A stretch of DNA of 63,410 nt, the filler included, from Olpidium bornovanus S191 (Eukaryota > Fungi > Olpidiomycota): assembly GCA_017911155.1 (NCBI GenBank). It is 29 parts of 29 records of this genome, joined end to end, with 100 filler letters (N's around TTAATTAATTAA, not from the genome) between each part and the next. Parts side by side here need not be neighbours in the genome. Positions count along the whole stretch, not along the records: positions 21,135 to 25,150 come from JAEFCI010005537.1; positions 25,251 to 27,130 come from JAEFCI010005104.1; positions 27,231 to 29,196 come from JAEFCI010010175.1; positions 29,297 to 30,405 come from JAEFCI010013380.1; positions 30,506 to 33,565 come from JAEFCI010013112.1; positions 33,666 to 35,015 come from JAEFCI010004696.1; positions 35,116 to 37,851 come from JAEFCI010011582.1; 22 more parts are not named here. The stretch is one strand, 5' to 3'. The position numbers and the translations under genes are program-made. Positions 23,186 to 37,951 of the stretch are shown here, piece after piece. Below the pieces are notes generated by a model. The model saw only the letters and a program-made list of their open reading frames with translations, was not told where the DNA came from and did no database searches. How positions within the stretch are numbered: position 1 is the stretch's first letter; the number at the start of each line of letters is the position of its first letter.

Positions 23186-25150
23186 ATGGCCGGTTTCGAG
23201 GACGGTCCGACGGTGCAGATCCGCGACCTGACGAAGGACAATGCAAACTTCATCTTAAACAACTGCGACATGAGGTACTGCCGTACAGCCAACCACCCAT
23301 GGTCGGAACCGGAATGGGAGCCACGCCACGGCGAGCGAGGCCGCGGCTGGGCGGCGAGAAGGCCGAAAGCCGAATCCGCGAGGCCTTTGAGAGAAAATTT
23401 ATGAAGGCCGTTTCGCCTGCTGCCTTCATGGGAGCAGTTCCGGGCGGGTTCTCCACCCGTCCCTCGCGGTCGAACGGAAGACCCGGCTGACCATTGCCCG
23501 TGAATCTTTTCTGGTCGCCAAACCGCGTCGGCCTCAGCTTGGCAAATTCCTTGCGAAGAGTCATGATCGCGGAGGTGCCAACAGTTGGTGAGCGGCCGTT
23601 GCCTTTTCCACGGAATTGCCTTAAGCCGTCTTCTCCCTAACCTATACCGTACGCCGTTCGCTGGGCTGTTTACGCCGCTCGCTCTCGATAACACCGGCAA
23701 CTCCAAACATCCAATACGCGGAACACGGGCACCCACCACCACCCTTCCGCTGGAAACCTCGTCGTTACGGGCCTAAAAGCCATCGACATGGTTGATTTCG
23801 AGGAGAACACGAGCGTCCTTGCGGACGAATTCATCGCTCACCGGTTGGGGATGATACCACTGGACAGCGCGGCTGCGAGCACGCTGAAGTATACCAGGGT
23901 AATTTGACCAACGCGGTGCCGTGCCTTTCTGCCGGCACACCTTACGAACGGAAATAGATACGCGGTTCCGCGGAAGATCGAAGCCGCGTCGACGGGCATC
24001 GCTGACGTGTTTCTCTCCGCCTTTCTCCGGGTTCTGCCGCTGTCAAGGACTGCACATGCGTCGAGCACTGCGAGAACTGCTCCGTTACGATCACTCTCGA
24101 CGCGAAGTGCACTGGAGACAACCAGCTGCAGGTCACGAGCAAAGACCTGTGCAGCGATAACCCGAGATTTGTTCCTGTACACGGCCGTACGTTGTTGTTG
24201 TTTTTTTTTCAACTTTGTCGTCGCCGTGTGCACAGCTACAGCTACAGCTGAGTTGCGGGTCTGAAATCAAGCTTTTTATTTTATGGGGGATGTGCGAGAC
24301 ACCGAATGACGCGATGTTGACGCTCACCTGAAATACACGGGACTCTCGTTTTTTTCTTTTCCAAGAACAGCCGAAGACCCTGGGATAATGATTATCAAAC
24401 TGCGAAAAGGGCAGAGGCTGAAAGTCAAGTGTATCGCAAAGAAGGTAACGTCACGCGTATTTGGTTCCGTTTGATCTTGCACCATGCAGGTGCCGGGCGT
24501 GTCAGTTGAGGCGTACTGCGGGAACGTGAACCTCTTGATTAACGACTTGCTTTAAACCTGCGGACCAATGCCACGTCAGGGTGTCGCGAAGGAGCACGCC
24601 AAGTGGAGTCCCGTGAGCGCGGTAGGATACGAGTACGACCCGTACAACGTGCTCAGACACACTAATTATTGGGTGGAGGAGGACGAGTCTGAATGGTAAG
24701 AATATCGGCTGTCTGCACCCCGGCTTTCCGACGTTTGGCCGCGTATCTGGCCGGGGCAGCAAAATCCTTGCACACCGTCCCGACGACGTGACCAGTTTCC
24801 GTCTTGCCAATCTGGGCGAGTAATAACCATGCGGCTCCTGTAAATGGCGACTCTTTAGGCCTCTGTCGAAAAACGCCGAGTTTGAGGAGCGTCCGACTGA
24901 CCCGGACTTCGACGAGCACAAGGATGCAACCAGATTCTACATGAATGTAGAGGTATGTTTAATATTCCTTTCGTTCTCTCGAGGAGCTTCGTTTGCCTAA
25001 TCCGTTCTGTATTCCATTCCGTTATGCCCCATGTTCTGCGGCTCACGACGCTTACACGGGCCGCCCTTCATCTCCGTAGACTGTTGGATCGATTGCTGCG
25101 GAGAATGTTGTCCTAGAGGCGTTGGAGATTCTGCACGAGAAGCTTAACAC
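23186..25150 (+). CDS. RPB3: RNA polymerase II subunit Rpb3, multi-exon, 3'-truncated
   Basis: Exons give [126 protein letters not shown]. Confidence 0.96.
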
Positions 25151-25250
25151 NNNNNNNNNNNNNNNNNNNNNNNNNNNNNNNNNNNNNNNNNNNNTTAATT
25201 AATTAANNNNNNNNNNNNNNNNNNNNNNNNNNNNNNNNNNNNNNNNNNNN

Positions 25251-27130
25251 GGGCATCATCGTCCGAGACCGGCAAACCGGGGACGTCACCTTCTACGAGA
25301 AAGGGGCCGACGCCGTGGTGTCGAAGATCGTGCAGTACAACGACTGGCTTGACGAGGAATGCGGGAACATGGCGAGGGAAGGCCTCCGCACGCTGGTCAT
25401 CGCGCGGAAGCGACTCAGCGAAGAAACATACAGAAGCGTGGAAGCCAGGTTTGTACGCCGAAAACGACGAAGCCAAAAAAGGGGAGAAGGATTTTTTTTA
25501 TCAGGCGGTCGTTTCGTTCCGACGCGGCTCATATTCCGTCCCCCGCAACGTTCCGTTGGAACAGGCTGCATGCCGCCCGAACGTCCATCAACGACCGTGC
25601 CGGGCAGATTCAACGGTGCCAGGAGAGCCTGGAGCACGATCTCGAGCTCCTGGGGGTGACGGGCGTCGAAGACAAGCTGCAGGTGCGCGCACTCGTCAGG
25701 GTGTAGACGTGGTCCGGTATTCGGGCGCTCTCACCGTCTTGTTGCGGGTTACGCAGGACGACGTGAAGCCGACGCTGGAACTCCTCCGCGACGCCGGGCT
25801 CAAGATCTGGATGCTGACGGGCGACAAGATCGAAACCGCGACGTGCATCGCCGTGTCCTCGAAGCTTGTTTCTCGCAACCAGGACATATACACGGTGGCG
25901 AATTTGTCGAGCCCGGCCGAGGCCCAGGAAGAGCTGGAGGTGATCCGGAGCAAGAACGACTGCTGCCTCGTAATCGACGGCTCCTCCGTGCAACTGTACC
26001 TTGACCACTACCGGGACGAGTTTATCGCCCTGGCGATCCGGTTGCCGATTGTGGTCTGCTGCAGGTGTTCACCGACGCAAAAGGTGTGGTGGTGGAGAGC
26101 GAAGCGAAATGGTTGGCACAGTTTGCAACGGTTTGTCCGGGGAATTCTTAGATCGGTATCCGGTCCCTGAAATGTTTTGTCTGTCTTCTCCTTCCTTCCT
26201 CCCACCTCTTTCCCCCCTCCCAACCCCTTCTCGCGCCTTCCTCGTTCCCCACGTCAAGGCTGACATCACCAGCCTGATCAAAACGGCCACCGGAAAGCGC
26301 GTCGCCGCCATCGGCGACGGCGGAAACGACGTTTCCATGATCCAAGCCGCCCACGTCGGGATCGGCATCCCGGGCAAGGAGGGCAAGCAGGCGTCCCTGG
26401 CCGCCGACTTCTCCGTCAACCAGTTCAGCCACATAGGGCGGTTATTCCGTGCGTTGAAACTTCGCGTGCGTGGGAAGAAGGGTCGTCCGGGCACACGCTG
26501 GCTGCCGCCGGGCCGGAGTGTACTGACGCCGCGCTGCTTACTTTCGTTTGATCGGCAAAAGTGTGGCACGGACGCAACAGCTGTGCGTATCATGCCGCTC
26601 GAGTTGTGGGGAGAGTGGGGCGGGATTTCCTCTCTCTTTTCGGACATGGGTAGCTTCCAGTTAATTGGTTGCTGAAACCTCTTGTAAATAACCCCTCCCC
26701 CCCCCCCCTCTTTCTCCCTTCTCTCCTTCCTCCCGCCCGCCCAGATAAGCGATCGGCGAAACTGTCCCAGTTCGTCATCCACCGCGGTCTGATCATTTCC
26801 GTGATCCAAGCGGTCTTCTCCGCCATGTTCTACTTTGCTCCGATCGCCCTCTACCAAGGTTTCCTTTTGGTCGGGTGAGCAGAATTTTCGCGGATGGCAA
26901 AAAAACTCCGCGGCCATTGTTGGTTCAACGGCACAAAAATCTTAAACCCTCACTTCCCCCCCCCCCCTTCCTCCCCCGGCCGTCCGCGCCCTAGGTACTC
27001 GACGATATACACCATGGCGCCCGTGTTTTCGCTGGTGCTTGACCGCGACGTGGACGACGAAACCGCGCTGCGGTATCCCGAGCTGTACAAGGACCTTATC
27101 AAGGTGAACAGAAACAGAAGGAAAAAAACC
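25251..27130 (+). CDS. NEO1: P4-type ATPase phospholipid flippase, Neo1/ATP9 subfamily, internal fragment
   Basis: [129 protein letters not shown]. Confidence 0.96.
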
Positions 27131-27230
27131 NNNNNNNNNNNNNNNNNNNNNNNNNNNNNNNNNNNNNNNNNNNNTTAATTAATTAANNNNNNNNNNNNNN
27201 NNNNNNNNNNNNNNNNNNNNNNNNNNNNNN

Positions 27231-27412
27231 CTGAAGTACCTCACTAGCTCAGAGTCTGTCAATTCCCACTGACGGACAGCCGCCTCAAAACGCCGCAGGT
27301 ACTCCGAAATATTTTTTTCCTTGAACAGCGCGCCCTCCCGAGTAAACTGCATGACGGCAGCCCTTACTTCGGCGGACCGCATCTGCTCCGCAAATACCCG
27401 CACGTCCTCCAT
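27231..27412 (-). mobile_element. Retrotransposon Gag-like N-terminal fragment
   Basis: MEDVRVFAEQ...FTREGALFKEKNISEYLRRFEAAVRQWELTDSELVRYF runs off the contig. The F.xxNISEYLRRFE...LTD.E.VRYF pattern resembles N-termini of fungal Ty3/gypsy-type Gag proteins. No pol is present in the window. Confidence 0.5.
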
Positions 27413-28299
27413 CTTTTCCTGTGCGCGCGCGTTCGCACCTACCTCGCCCTGTCGACTCCTGCCCGGGAGCACCGTCGAGAGTACAAGCCCCTCTCGGTAG
27501 GGATGGCAGGGGAGACGGGATGGCGGGGGCCCTTGCTGCGTGGTGGTGCTCTTGCGGCGGGGCGGTTTTTCCCCGAGGGAAGAAGAGGAGGTACACGACG
27601 CCTGGCGCGGGACCGTGCTTACCTTCGACGACCTCTTCAAACGTTCCGTCGACGCGCACCGAACTGACCTCAAAGAAGCCGAGCACCGTCGTTTTGTCCC
27701 GGTCCAAGGAGCGCGCCAACAGTCCGTCGCGGCCTGCCGCGGTCGCAAGGCGTCCGGGAGAAAAAAAAACGGGTACCGATCTTCTCTCCTTGTTTATTAC
27801 TATGTTTGGTAGTGGTCGAGGGGGGGGTCTTTTTGTTATTCTCCGTGCGATCAACGGTATTTTCGATGCGCAACACGCACGCGTGACTAAAAAAAGGGGG
27901 GCACCGGTATTTCTCCGACACCGTTACGCGTCGATATTAATCTTGGAGTCGTCGTTAAGCTAGTGTGCTGATGCCAGCACCGTCGATAGCGCTCTCCGGC
28001 GTCGAACACTCCGCTTTCTCTAGACTTCTCGTCGTAACCACTCTTGCGTTCTCGCAGAGGCCACCAGATGAGGTGCGGAAAACAAGCACTCGATGGCCCG
28101 TGTTTCCTTTGAGAAGATCGTGAGTTCGTTGCTTTTATTGCGTTCGATTCTACGTTTGGTTTTGTTCGTTTGGTGCGTTCGAGCTCGGGGGGGAAAGAAA
28201 ATCTATCTGCGTACAGCCGTCGAACGCGTAAACTATCGCCACACGTAAATCGAAATCGAGAAGCAATAGACGGGCGACTCGAAGGGGACAGACTCAATC

Positions 28300-28500
28300 A
28301 AAGGCTAAAGAATCGAACTGGAATAGAATAAAATCAAATCGAATAAAATACAATCGGAATCGAAACAAAATAAAGTCGAAATCGAAACGGAATAAATCAA
28401 AATAGAAGCGAACAAAATTCACAAATCGAATTTGACCAGAGTACAATTGAAATTGAAACAGAATAAAATCAAAGTAACTATGGAAAATCAAAATCGAAGT
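28300..28500. repeat. A-rich degenerate short-period array (AAATC/AATCG-like units)
   Basis: aatcgaactggaatagaataaaatcaaatcgaataaaatacaatcggaatcgaaacaaaataaagtcgaaatcgaaacgg... Strong A-strand bias in an otherwise GC-rich contig. Confidence 0.65.
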
Positions 28501-28627
28501 GAACAAAGTTCACACCACAACGCGAGCCGAGGTCCAGCCCGGAAACCCGAAGAAAGCGCCAGTACGGCCGCACAGACCGAGCACGGCGCGGAAGCCGGCT
28601 GCGGGCATCAAAGACAGAGCGGTGCCA

Positions 28628-29167
28628 ATGGCCATCTCCACCAACCCGACAGTTGGGGTGCGATTAACCGCCCAAATAGAGGTGCCTCGGATCACAGACG
28701 CAGTCGCTTGGGGGGCCGCGGCCCAGTCGTGGAAGGAGCTATCCCAGTGGAATCGCAAGCAGCTAGACATGCTCAAACGGGCCGAGCGCCAGCGGTGGTC
28801 GACGATCCTCACGTTGTCCATGGACACTGAGCGTCGGGCCTTGGGAATCGAGTGGCTTGATCGTCTGGAGGCGTCTGCTGCCGGTTACTCGTTCATGACC
28901 TACAGGTACCGCGCCTACCTGCCGCCTTCACTTCGTCAACACTTCATGGGGCATCGACGTGTGGTCAACACCTTTACAGCGGAACGACAGAAGGCGTTGC
29001 CGCCCGGAGCTTACCGGGAATGGCTGTGCGGTGACGACGACCAACCTTTCAACCGGGACGAAGAGGTATATGCAGACGGGACAAATGCGAATGACCCACC
29101 GAACACGGGTCGGTGGTGGTGGACCAACAGGGACATCGATCAGTTCCGGCCGGACATGCCGGGGTAG
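28628..29167 (+). CDS. Intronless orphan ORF, Trp-rich (179 aa from the first ATG)
   Basis: MAISTNPTVGVRLTAQIEVPRITDAVAWG...GRWWWTNRDIDQFRPDMPG*. Globular-looking composition, unlike the Arg/Pro-rich spurious ORFs of this window. The frame is open upstream to 28499. Confidence 0.45.
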   Translation: MAISTNPTVGVRLTAQIEVPRITDAVAWGAAAQSWKELSQWNRKQLDMLKRAERQRWSTILTLSMDTERRALGIEWLDRLEASAAGYSFMTYRYRAYLPPSLRQHFMGHRRVVNTFTAERQKALPPGAYREWLCGDDDQPFNRDEEVYADGTNANDPPNTGRWWWTNRDIDQFRPDMPG

Positions 29168-29296
29168 CGCCCAACATGAAGCTCAACATTGCGAGCNNNN
29201 NNNNNNNNNNNNNNNNNNNNNNNNNNNNNNNNNNNNNNNNTTAATTAATTAANNNNNNNNNNNNNNNNNNNNNNNNNNNNNNNNNNNNNNNNNNNN

Positions 29297-30405
29297 GCAT
29301 GGCTGTCCGGTGCGGAGAACGGATGGCCACCGATTGCAAAATCGACAGCACGTCGTCTGGATTTACGACGGAGGCTGCGGAACAGAATCAGGCGGAGAAA
29401 CGTCTGCGATCAGCCCCCGCGTTCGGCCGTGCAAAAAATACCTGGAAACAACAACGAAATTCGGGCCGGTCGAAAGGTCCTCACCTCCAAACATCGCCGG
29501 CGGAGGTATCTGGCTTAGGAAGTACCCGATTGCTTCAGACAGCTTCCCCCACGGCGGAACCGGCGCGGGCGCTTTGGCAGCGGCGGGTACGGCGGAAGGG
29601 CCGGGACCCAGCGGATTTCCGCCGGGACCCTCCTTGCGAGGCGGCCGAGCGTCCAGCCCCGGCCTTTCCCCGGCCGGCGGGCCGCCAGCGCCAGGCCCGC
29701 CAGCCATAGGCGGAGGCCTCGGACCAGGGTTGGGTTTGTATGGCACCCACTTGCCGAAATCGGGCCGCGGGAACCGTTCGGGATGCACTGAGTCTAGCAG
29801 CACCGGGCCCCTTCCTCGGTGATGGGATTCTTCCCGGCCGGCCTTCGCGGGCGCGCCGGCCGTTTCGGTTGCCGCACCCGCCTGCTCCCGCTGCTTGGCT
29901 TCCTTTTGTCGGAGCTTCGGGGCTGTCGCGGGGAGTTTCGACGGCAAAACCATTCCAAACCGGCCGGTCAGCAAACCCGGACTTGGCCACCGACTCACGG
30001 GCCACCGACTCACGGCCGCGCGACAGACATAACCTACTTGCGGAGCTGACTTCTTTCTGAACCACGTTAATGTCAAGGTAGGTGAAACGCTCGACGCGCC
30101 GTCTGATCGCCGGGACTGCGGTCAGCGTTCAGCCGAGCAAGCGCCGTGGTGCCAAAAGGTGGTCGGTCAGCACGGCGGAATTCTGAAGTGCCCCGGAGCG
30201 CGAACAAAACCACCGGAAACGCGGCAAACGCCTACCGTCGGGTTCCGCCTCGGCCCGCCGTTTTTCTATTCTCTGCATCGCGGCCATGTCGCCGTACTTG
30301 TTCTCGTAGTCCGAAAAGAGCTTCCATATAGGCTGCGCATTCTGAGGCGTGAGCGTCTGCAGCGTCCGCTCGAACAGAGCTCTGGTGTCTGAAACGCCCG
30401 GACGC
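29297..30405 (-). CDS. RNA14: mRNA 3'-end processing factor Rna14/CstF-77, internal C-terminal fragment
   Basis: DTRALFERTLQTL..AQPIWKLFSDYENKYGDMAAMQRIEKRR, RRVERFTYLDIN, RFPRPDFGKWVPYKP, LSEAIGYFLSQIPPPAMFGG, VVNPDDVLSILQSV. These match the HAT/Suf C-terminal motifs of CstF-77. Confidence 0.85.
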
Positions 30406-31712
30406 NNNNNNNNNNNNNNNNNNNNNNNNNNNNNNNNNNNNNNNNNNNNTTAATTAATTAANNNNNNNNNNNNNNNNNNNNNNNNNNNNNNNNNNNNNNN
30501 NNNNNCTCAGTACCTGTACTAACTGTTGTTTGACGCCTTCGGCGCCGCGAGCAACCTGAGTCGGCAAAGTCCAACTGCCAGCACCTGCCGTCGTCGTCAA
30601 CGTACTCCGCCGCCAACCATCTCATGGCCGTCGGCACCGGTACAAATCTGGATTGGCCAACGCTGGCCCTTATCGGCGAGAACCTTGAACAAATCCGTGA
30701 CTGTCAACTCATCTAGCACAACCGTTGTTGCCGCAACATCTTGTGATAATGCGTGACTGATTATTTGAAAACGTTGCCAAAATCGGCGGGCTTGACACCA
30801 GCTGGCCGGCGTCCATCGGCAAGCCCAGCCACCGTCCAGGCTCCAGTCCTTTTCCGTAAAACCGTACTTCAATAGATCATTTTCCAAAACTTTCTGTTCC
30901 CAACACTACCTGACTGGAAACTGACTTGCCAACAATTCGACCCCAACATCTTTACGGCAACGGAAAACCTACTGACCTGCCTTTGCGTCCAGTACAAACC
31001 AAGAAGTCACGCCTGCACGACCGGCCTGGCCATCGCTTCACAAACCGTCATCCGCACAGATAAAAGCTGCTCGTTTCCTCTTTCTTCTGCCATGACTCCT
31101 GGTGGAACAACGTCATTCGGCCTTTTGATGACGAGACTGCAATTCAGCCAAGGAAGAAGGACAAAGACTCTGAACCCTAACTACCGTGAGGCGGTTAAGC
31201 CGACTTGGTTGCCGTTCCGAGGCCGACCCTCCGACCAGACACATCCGATGGTCGGGTGGTCGGGTGGGGGGATGGGCAAAAAAAAAGCGAGGACCAAAAG
31301 GGAATTTAAACCCTTTTTGGTTTTATTTAAATTTTTTGTTGTCTTGACGAGGATTCGAACTTAGGTTTGTTTTGCTGGAGGGGTTTAGCGAAACCGTTTT
31401 TTTTTTTAGGAATTTTCCCTTGGCGAACCAAACCGGCAAGTTGTCCTTTTTGTGCTGTTCCCAAAAGGTCACGTGACCAGAGCCACACCGTGAAACCGAC
31501 TGCGCACCTGTGAAACCCGCCCCCCGCCGCCACGCGGAGGGCGGTGTGAGAAAGCAGAAAGGGGGGGGGGGGGGGGGGGGGGGGGGGGGAAGGGGGGGGG
31601 GGGGGGGGGGGGGACGGACGGCGGGGGAAAGGAGCAAGGGAACGCGCGCGTCCGCAAGCAGGAGGAAAGAGGCGGGAGAGCGAAAGGAAGAGCGACCGAA
31701 AAGAGAAGGGAA

Positions 31713-32105
31713 GCGCGGCCGTTGCTTTGCTTTGGGCTGTGTCCCGCGGTGCCGCCGTACTCCGCCGGAGGTCTTTTGCTACACCCGCCTCTGGGCGAGG
31801 CTGTTCGCTTTGCCTCGGGCTGTGTCCTTGGGAGCCGCCGCACTCCGCCGGGGGTCCCCTGGTGCACCCGCCTCTGGGCGCGGCCGTCGCTTTGCTTCGG
31901 GCTGTGTCCCGGGGAGCCGCCGCACTCCGCCGGGGGTCCCGTGGTGCACCCGCCTCCGGGCGCGGCCGTCGCTTTTTGCTTCGGCTTGTGTCCCGCAGAG
32001 CTGCCGTACTCCGTAGGGGGCCCCTTACTACACCCGCTTCTGGCGGCGGCCGTCGCTTTGCTTCGGGCTGTCCCGCCTAGCCGCCGTACTTTGCCGGAGG
32101 TCCCT
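31713..32105. repeat. Minisatellite, about 5 copies of an 82-84-bp GC-rich unit
   Basis: Unit starts at 31723, 31806, 31888, 31970 and 32054. Consensus cgctttgcttcgggctgtgtcccggggagccgccgcactccgccgggggtccc..ggtgcacccgcctctgggcgcggccgt. Confidence 0.9.
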
Positions 32106-33721
32106 TGTGTCCTTTTAACTTGGTTGGAGACCCTAAGGGTACTGTTGACGGCCCGAAAGAAAGAGAGCGCAACGCGCCTTGCCTGCCTGCCGGTGTTTTC
32201 TGCGCTTTCTCACTCCACACTCACCCTCTCTGTTGTCTCCCGTAGGGAAGGGGCGGCTATGGCGTAGGCAGCTGGGAAGGGAACGAGAGGGGCGAGCCGC
32301 GTGCGCCGCCCACAGGGAGAGCTGCGCGCCACAGGCCTCTGCGACACAGAGCGGTTAGGCGGAAGCAAGGCCAAAAGGCAGGACGGTTGAAAAGCTGGAG
32401 ACGCAAAACCTGTTTTCCGGCGTCTATGGTCAGGACTCAGAAAGACGGGAGCAGGGCTTCTCTGCAACGTTTATGGGAACACAGGTCGACGGTACGAGCG
32501 TAACGGGCCAGCTCGGCAAGAATTCCCCTGTTGTTCTCCTGGACGGTCTCTTCGCCTTTGGACTTTGCAGGGAAACCGACGTGGGACGAATTCCAAAGGG
32601 TCGAGCACTAGGAGCCCGCGGCGGTTTTCACCCGGATCACGATGCTTACGGCCGGACGGCCACCGGCGGCGGCGCCGGCTTCGTGGGAGTCGTCGCCGTC
32701 AGAGAGCACTTTGATCGTCACGGCACCTAGTGCGGTCATCCCTGAGACGGCAGACGGCAGACATTACTTCGAGGTAATGACTCGGCTCGCGAACGAAAGC
32801 ATTCTGTTAACGTCAAGCAGCTCTATCAAGACCGACGGCAGATATTAACTTGGGTATTCTTGCTTCGTATGTTTCAATAGTGTCGACGACGTCTTTATTT
32901 TGGCCACGATGCCTTGATCTGCAACTTTGCAGAGAACGTGGTACGTGTAATTGGCAGTTTCAAATATCTGTCACGCTTTGTGAGTTAAAAACGTAAAAGC
33001 CGTCCACAAAACCGCCGAAACTAGGAGAATGCGCGTGGTAGGAGATTGTATTGGACGAGCGTTTGCAGAAAATTGAATCATTTCACTGTAGGCCCGAGCA
33101 GTGCAAAAAGGTAAGTTGAAACGACTTCCATCCGACAGATTCAAAGCTGAATCCTGAATGATGACGAGGAGGTTGTCCCGTTCATCACCACACTCTAATG
33201 GTTTGTTCACTCCAGTCCTCTCAGATTTCCCATCATTTTTTTACCAAGTCGATTGAACCCTTCGTGAGCACTAACCTTGTCATCCTACCTTCCTTTATCT
33301 TTGTTGTGTCTCCAGTTGTTTTTGCTTGTCTTGCGCACAACCAAATTTGGCGCAATGTAATCATCACCGATGATTATTGAACGTGGATTTTGCACTCCTG
33401 GTGATTGCGCTCAGTATAACTACTTAAAAATGAAATTTATATTGCATGACTGATTGTTTGGATCCCGTTTGTTTATTTCTTTAGATTCGAGGAAATGAAA
33501 TTCCAGCAGTACTCTGCTTCCATTTCCGAAAACAGTGGGTGTTATACCGTCAATGATTACTACTCNNNNNNNNNNNNNNNNNNNNNNNNNNNNNNNNNNN
33601 NNNNNNNNNTTAATTAATTAANNNNNNNNNNNNNNNNNNNNNNNNNNNNNNNNNNNNNNNNNNNNAAAAAAAAAAAAAAAAAAAAAAAAAAAAACGCCGC
33701 GCGGCCGCCGCGCGTTCCCAG

Positions 33722-35015
33722 CCAGACACGGAAAGCGACGAGTCGGGCGCTCCGGATCTCCATGCCGCCGCGGGTCCCGGCGCGGCGGCGCGGCTCCGCT
33801 TTCCGGCGCGGCGGCCGATCTCCGCGCCGCCGGAAAACGCGGGCCCCGCCAGGGCCGCGGCGCCGGTTCCGCGCGCCGCCACGGCCGCGCCGGGCCGCGA
33901 GAGCGAGGGCGGCGCGGCCGGCGCCGACGACCTGGAGGAGCGCCTGCGCCGGAACCGCCTGCAGCTCGAGCATCGCCGCCTCCAGCGCCTCGCCGGCAGC
34001 GCGGGGCGATCCGCCGCCGCCGCCAAGTCCGCCGACAGCCCAGCCGCGTCGGACAGGCGCAGCAAGTGGTTCTCAAGCGCCGCGCGGTGGTTGGCTTCCT
34101 CCGGAGGCGAGGAGGAGGAGGAGGACGCGCGGGACGGCGAACCGCCGCGCCCTGGAGACAAGAAGGCGCCGCCGGACCGCTTGCGCGGGAGCGGCGGAAC
34201 CGACGCCGGCGTCGGCGTGGCCAGCTGGCTGAAGCCGAAACTCCCGGTGCCCGAACTGTCGCCGGAACCTGAGGAGGATTCAGCGCTGGACCAGCCCGGG
34301 GTCCTGCGGTCTCCCGTGCCGACCGTCGCCGTCCCGATCGACGCCGTCGAACGCTCTGCGGCAAGAGAAACGGCCGGCAGCGAAGGTGACCAGCGGCGAG
34401 GCGAGCAGTCGGCAGACACAACCTCTACTTCGGTTATTTCCGAGGACCCTGGGATCGACGCGGCGAGAGCGACAGCCGGCGCGAGCCCGCAACTTCAAAG
34501 CTGCGAAGACTTTGCCGACGATGTCGAGGAGTCGTTGATATCCGTGCCGGATCCTATCGAGGTTAGGCCGCTTAAGCCCAAGGAGTTCGTACAGACTGAC
34601 GTGGCCCCGGAACCTCCGTCTGGGCACATGCGGCCGTTACCGGAAACTGGTGCCGAGGAAGATCGAGAACAGGTCGAGACAGTTCTGGCGGAAGCGCACG
34701 ACACCGCGGTGGATCGAGACGGAACAGCCAAAGACAGCGTTCTCGCCCAGGGTCCGAGTGGGGGGAAGGAGGCGGAGGACGATGGGGACGGCGCCGAGTG
34801 CGATGAGGAGGAGGCGGAGGAGGAGGCGGAGGAGGAGGCGGAGGAGGAGGAACAGGAGGACGAAAACGACAGTCACCGCGTTTTGAGGGAAGGCCATGCG
34901 ACTGCTACGGCGGATCAGAGTTTGAAAAGCGGGGCGCCGGACGCGTCCCGCGAAACGGACGACCGCCTCCAGCCGGAAGAGAAGCAGACTTCCGGCCAAC
35001 CGGAGTCTCAGCCGC
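33722..35015 (+). CDS. Large internal exon of a hypothetical acidic, low-complexity protein
   Basis: The frame of ORF 34091-35015 stays open upstream (ADDLEERLRRNRLQLEHRRLQRL..KWFSSAARWL) to a CAG acceptor near 33721. Glu/Asp-rich, no domain recognised. Confidence 0.35.
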
Positions 35016-35115
35016 NNNNNNNNNNNNNNNNNNNNNNNNNNNNNNNNNNNNNNNNNNNNTTAATTAATTAANNNNNNNNNNNNNNNNNNNNNNNNNNNNN
35101 NNNNNNNNNNNNNNN

Positions 35116-37743
<2,628 letters not shown>

Positions 37744-37951
37744 GCTTCGTCGGTGACACGTGCCGGGACCGCGAACCAGGGCCTTGCGCAAATCATTTAC
37801 ACGAACTCTCACCGTGCAAATCAATTTCGCGAGCTCTTCCTCCCACACCCCNNNNNNNNNNNNNNNNNNNNNNNNNNNNNNNNNNNNNNNNNNNNTTAAT
37901 TAATTAANNNNNNNNNNNNNNNNNNNNNNNNNNNNNNNNNNNNNNNNNNNN

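Noticed and set aside
21562-23742. 726-aa minus-strand ORF, the longest in the track
   Set aside because: It strings together antisense RPB3 sequence, the promoter, the real first exon of the membrane-anchored gene and an off-frame tail. This is a GC-rich open-frame artefact.
31345-31365. GATTCGAACT (reverse B-box / T-loop-like), also near 7770
   Set aside because: No surrounding cloverleaf, A-box or acceptor stem, unlike the real tRNA at 57988-58070.
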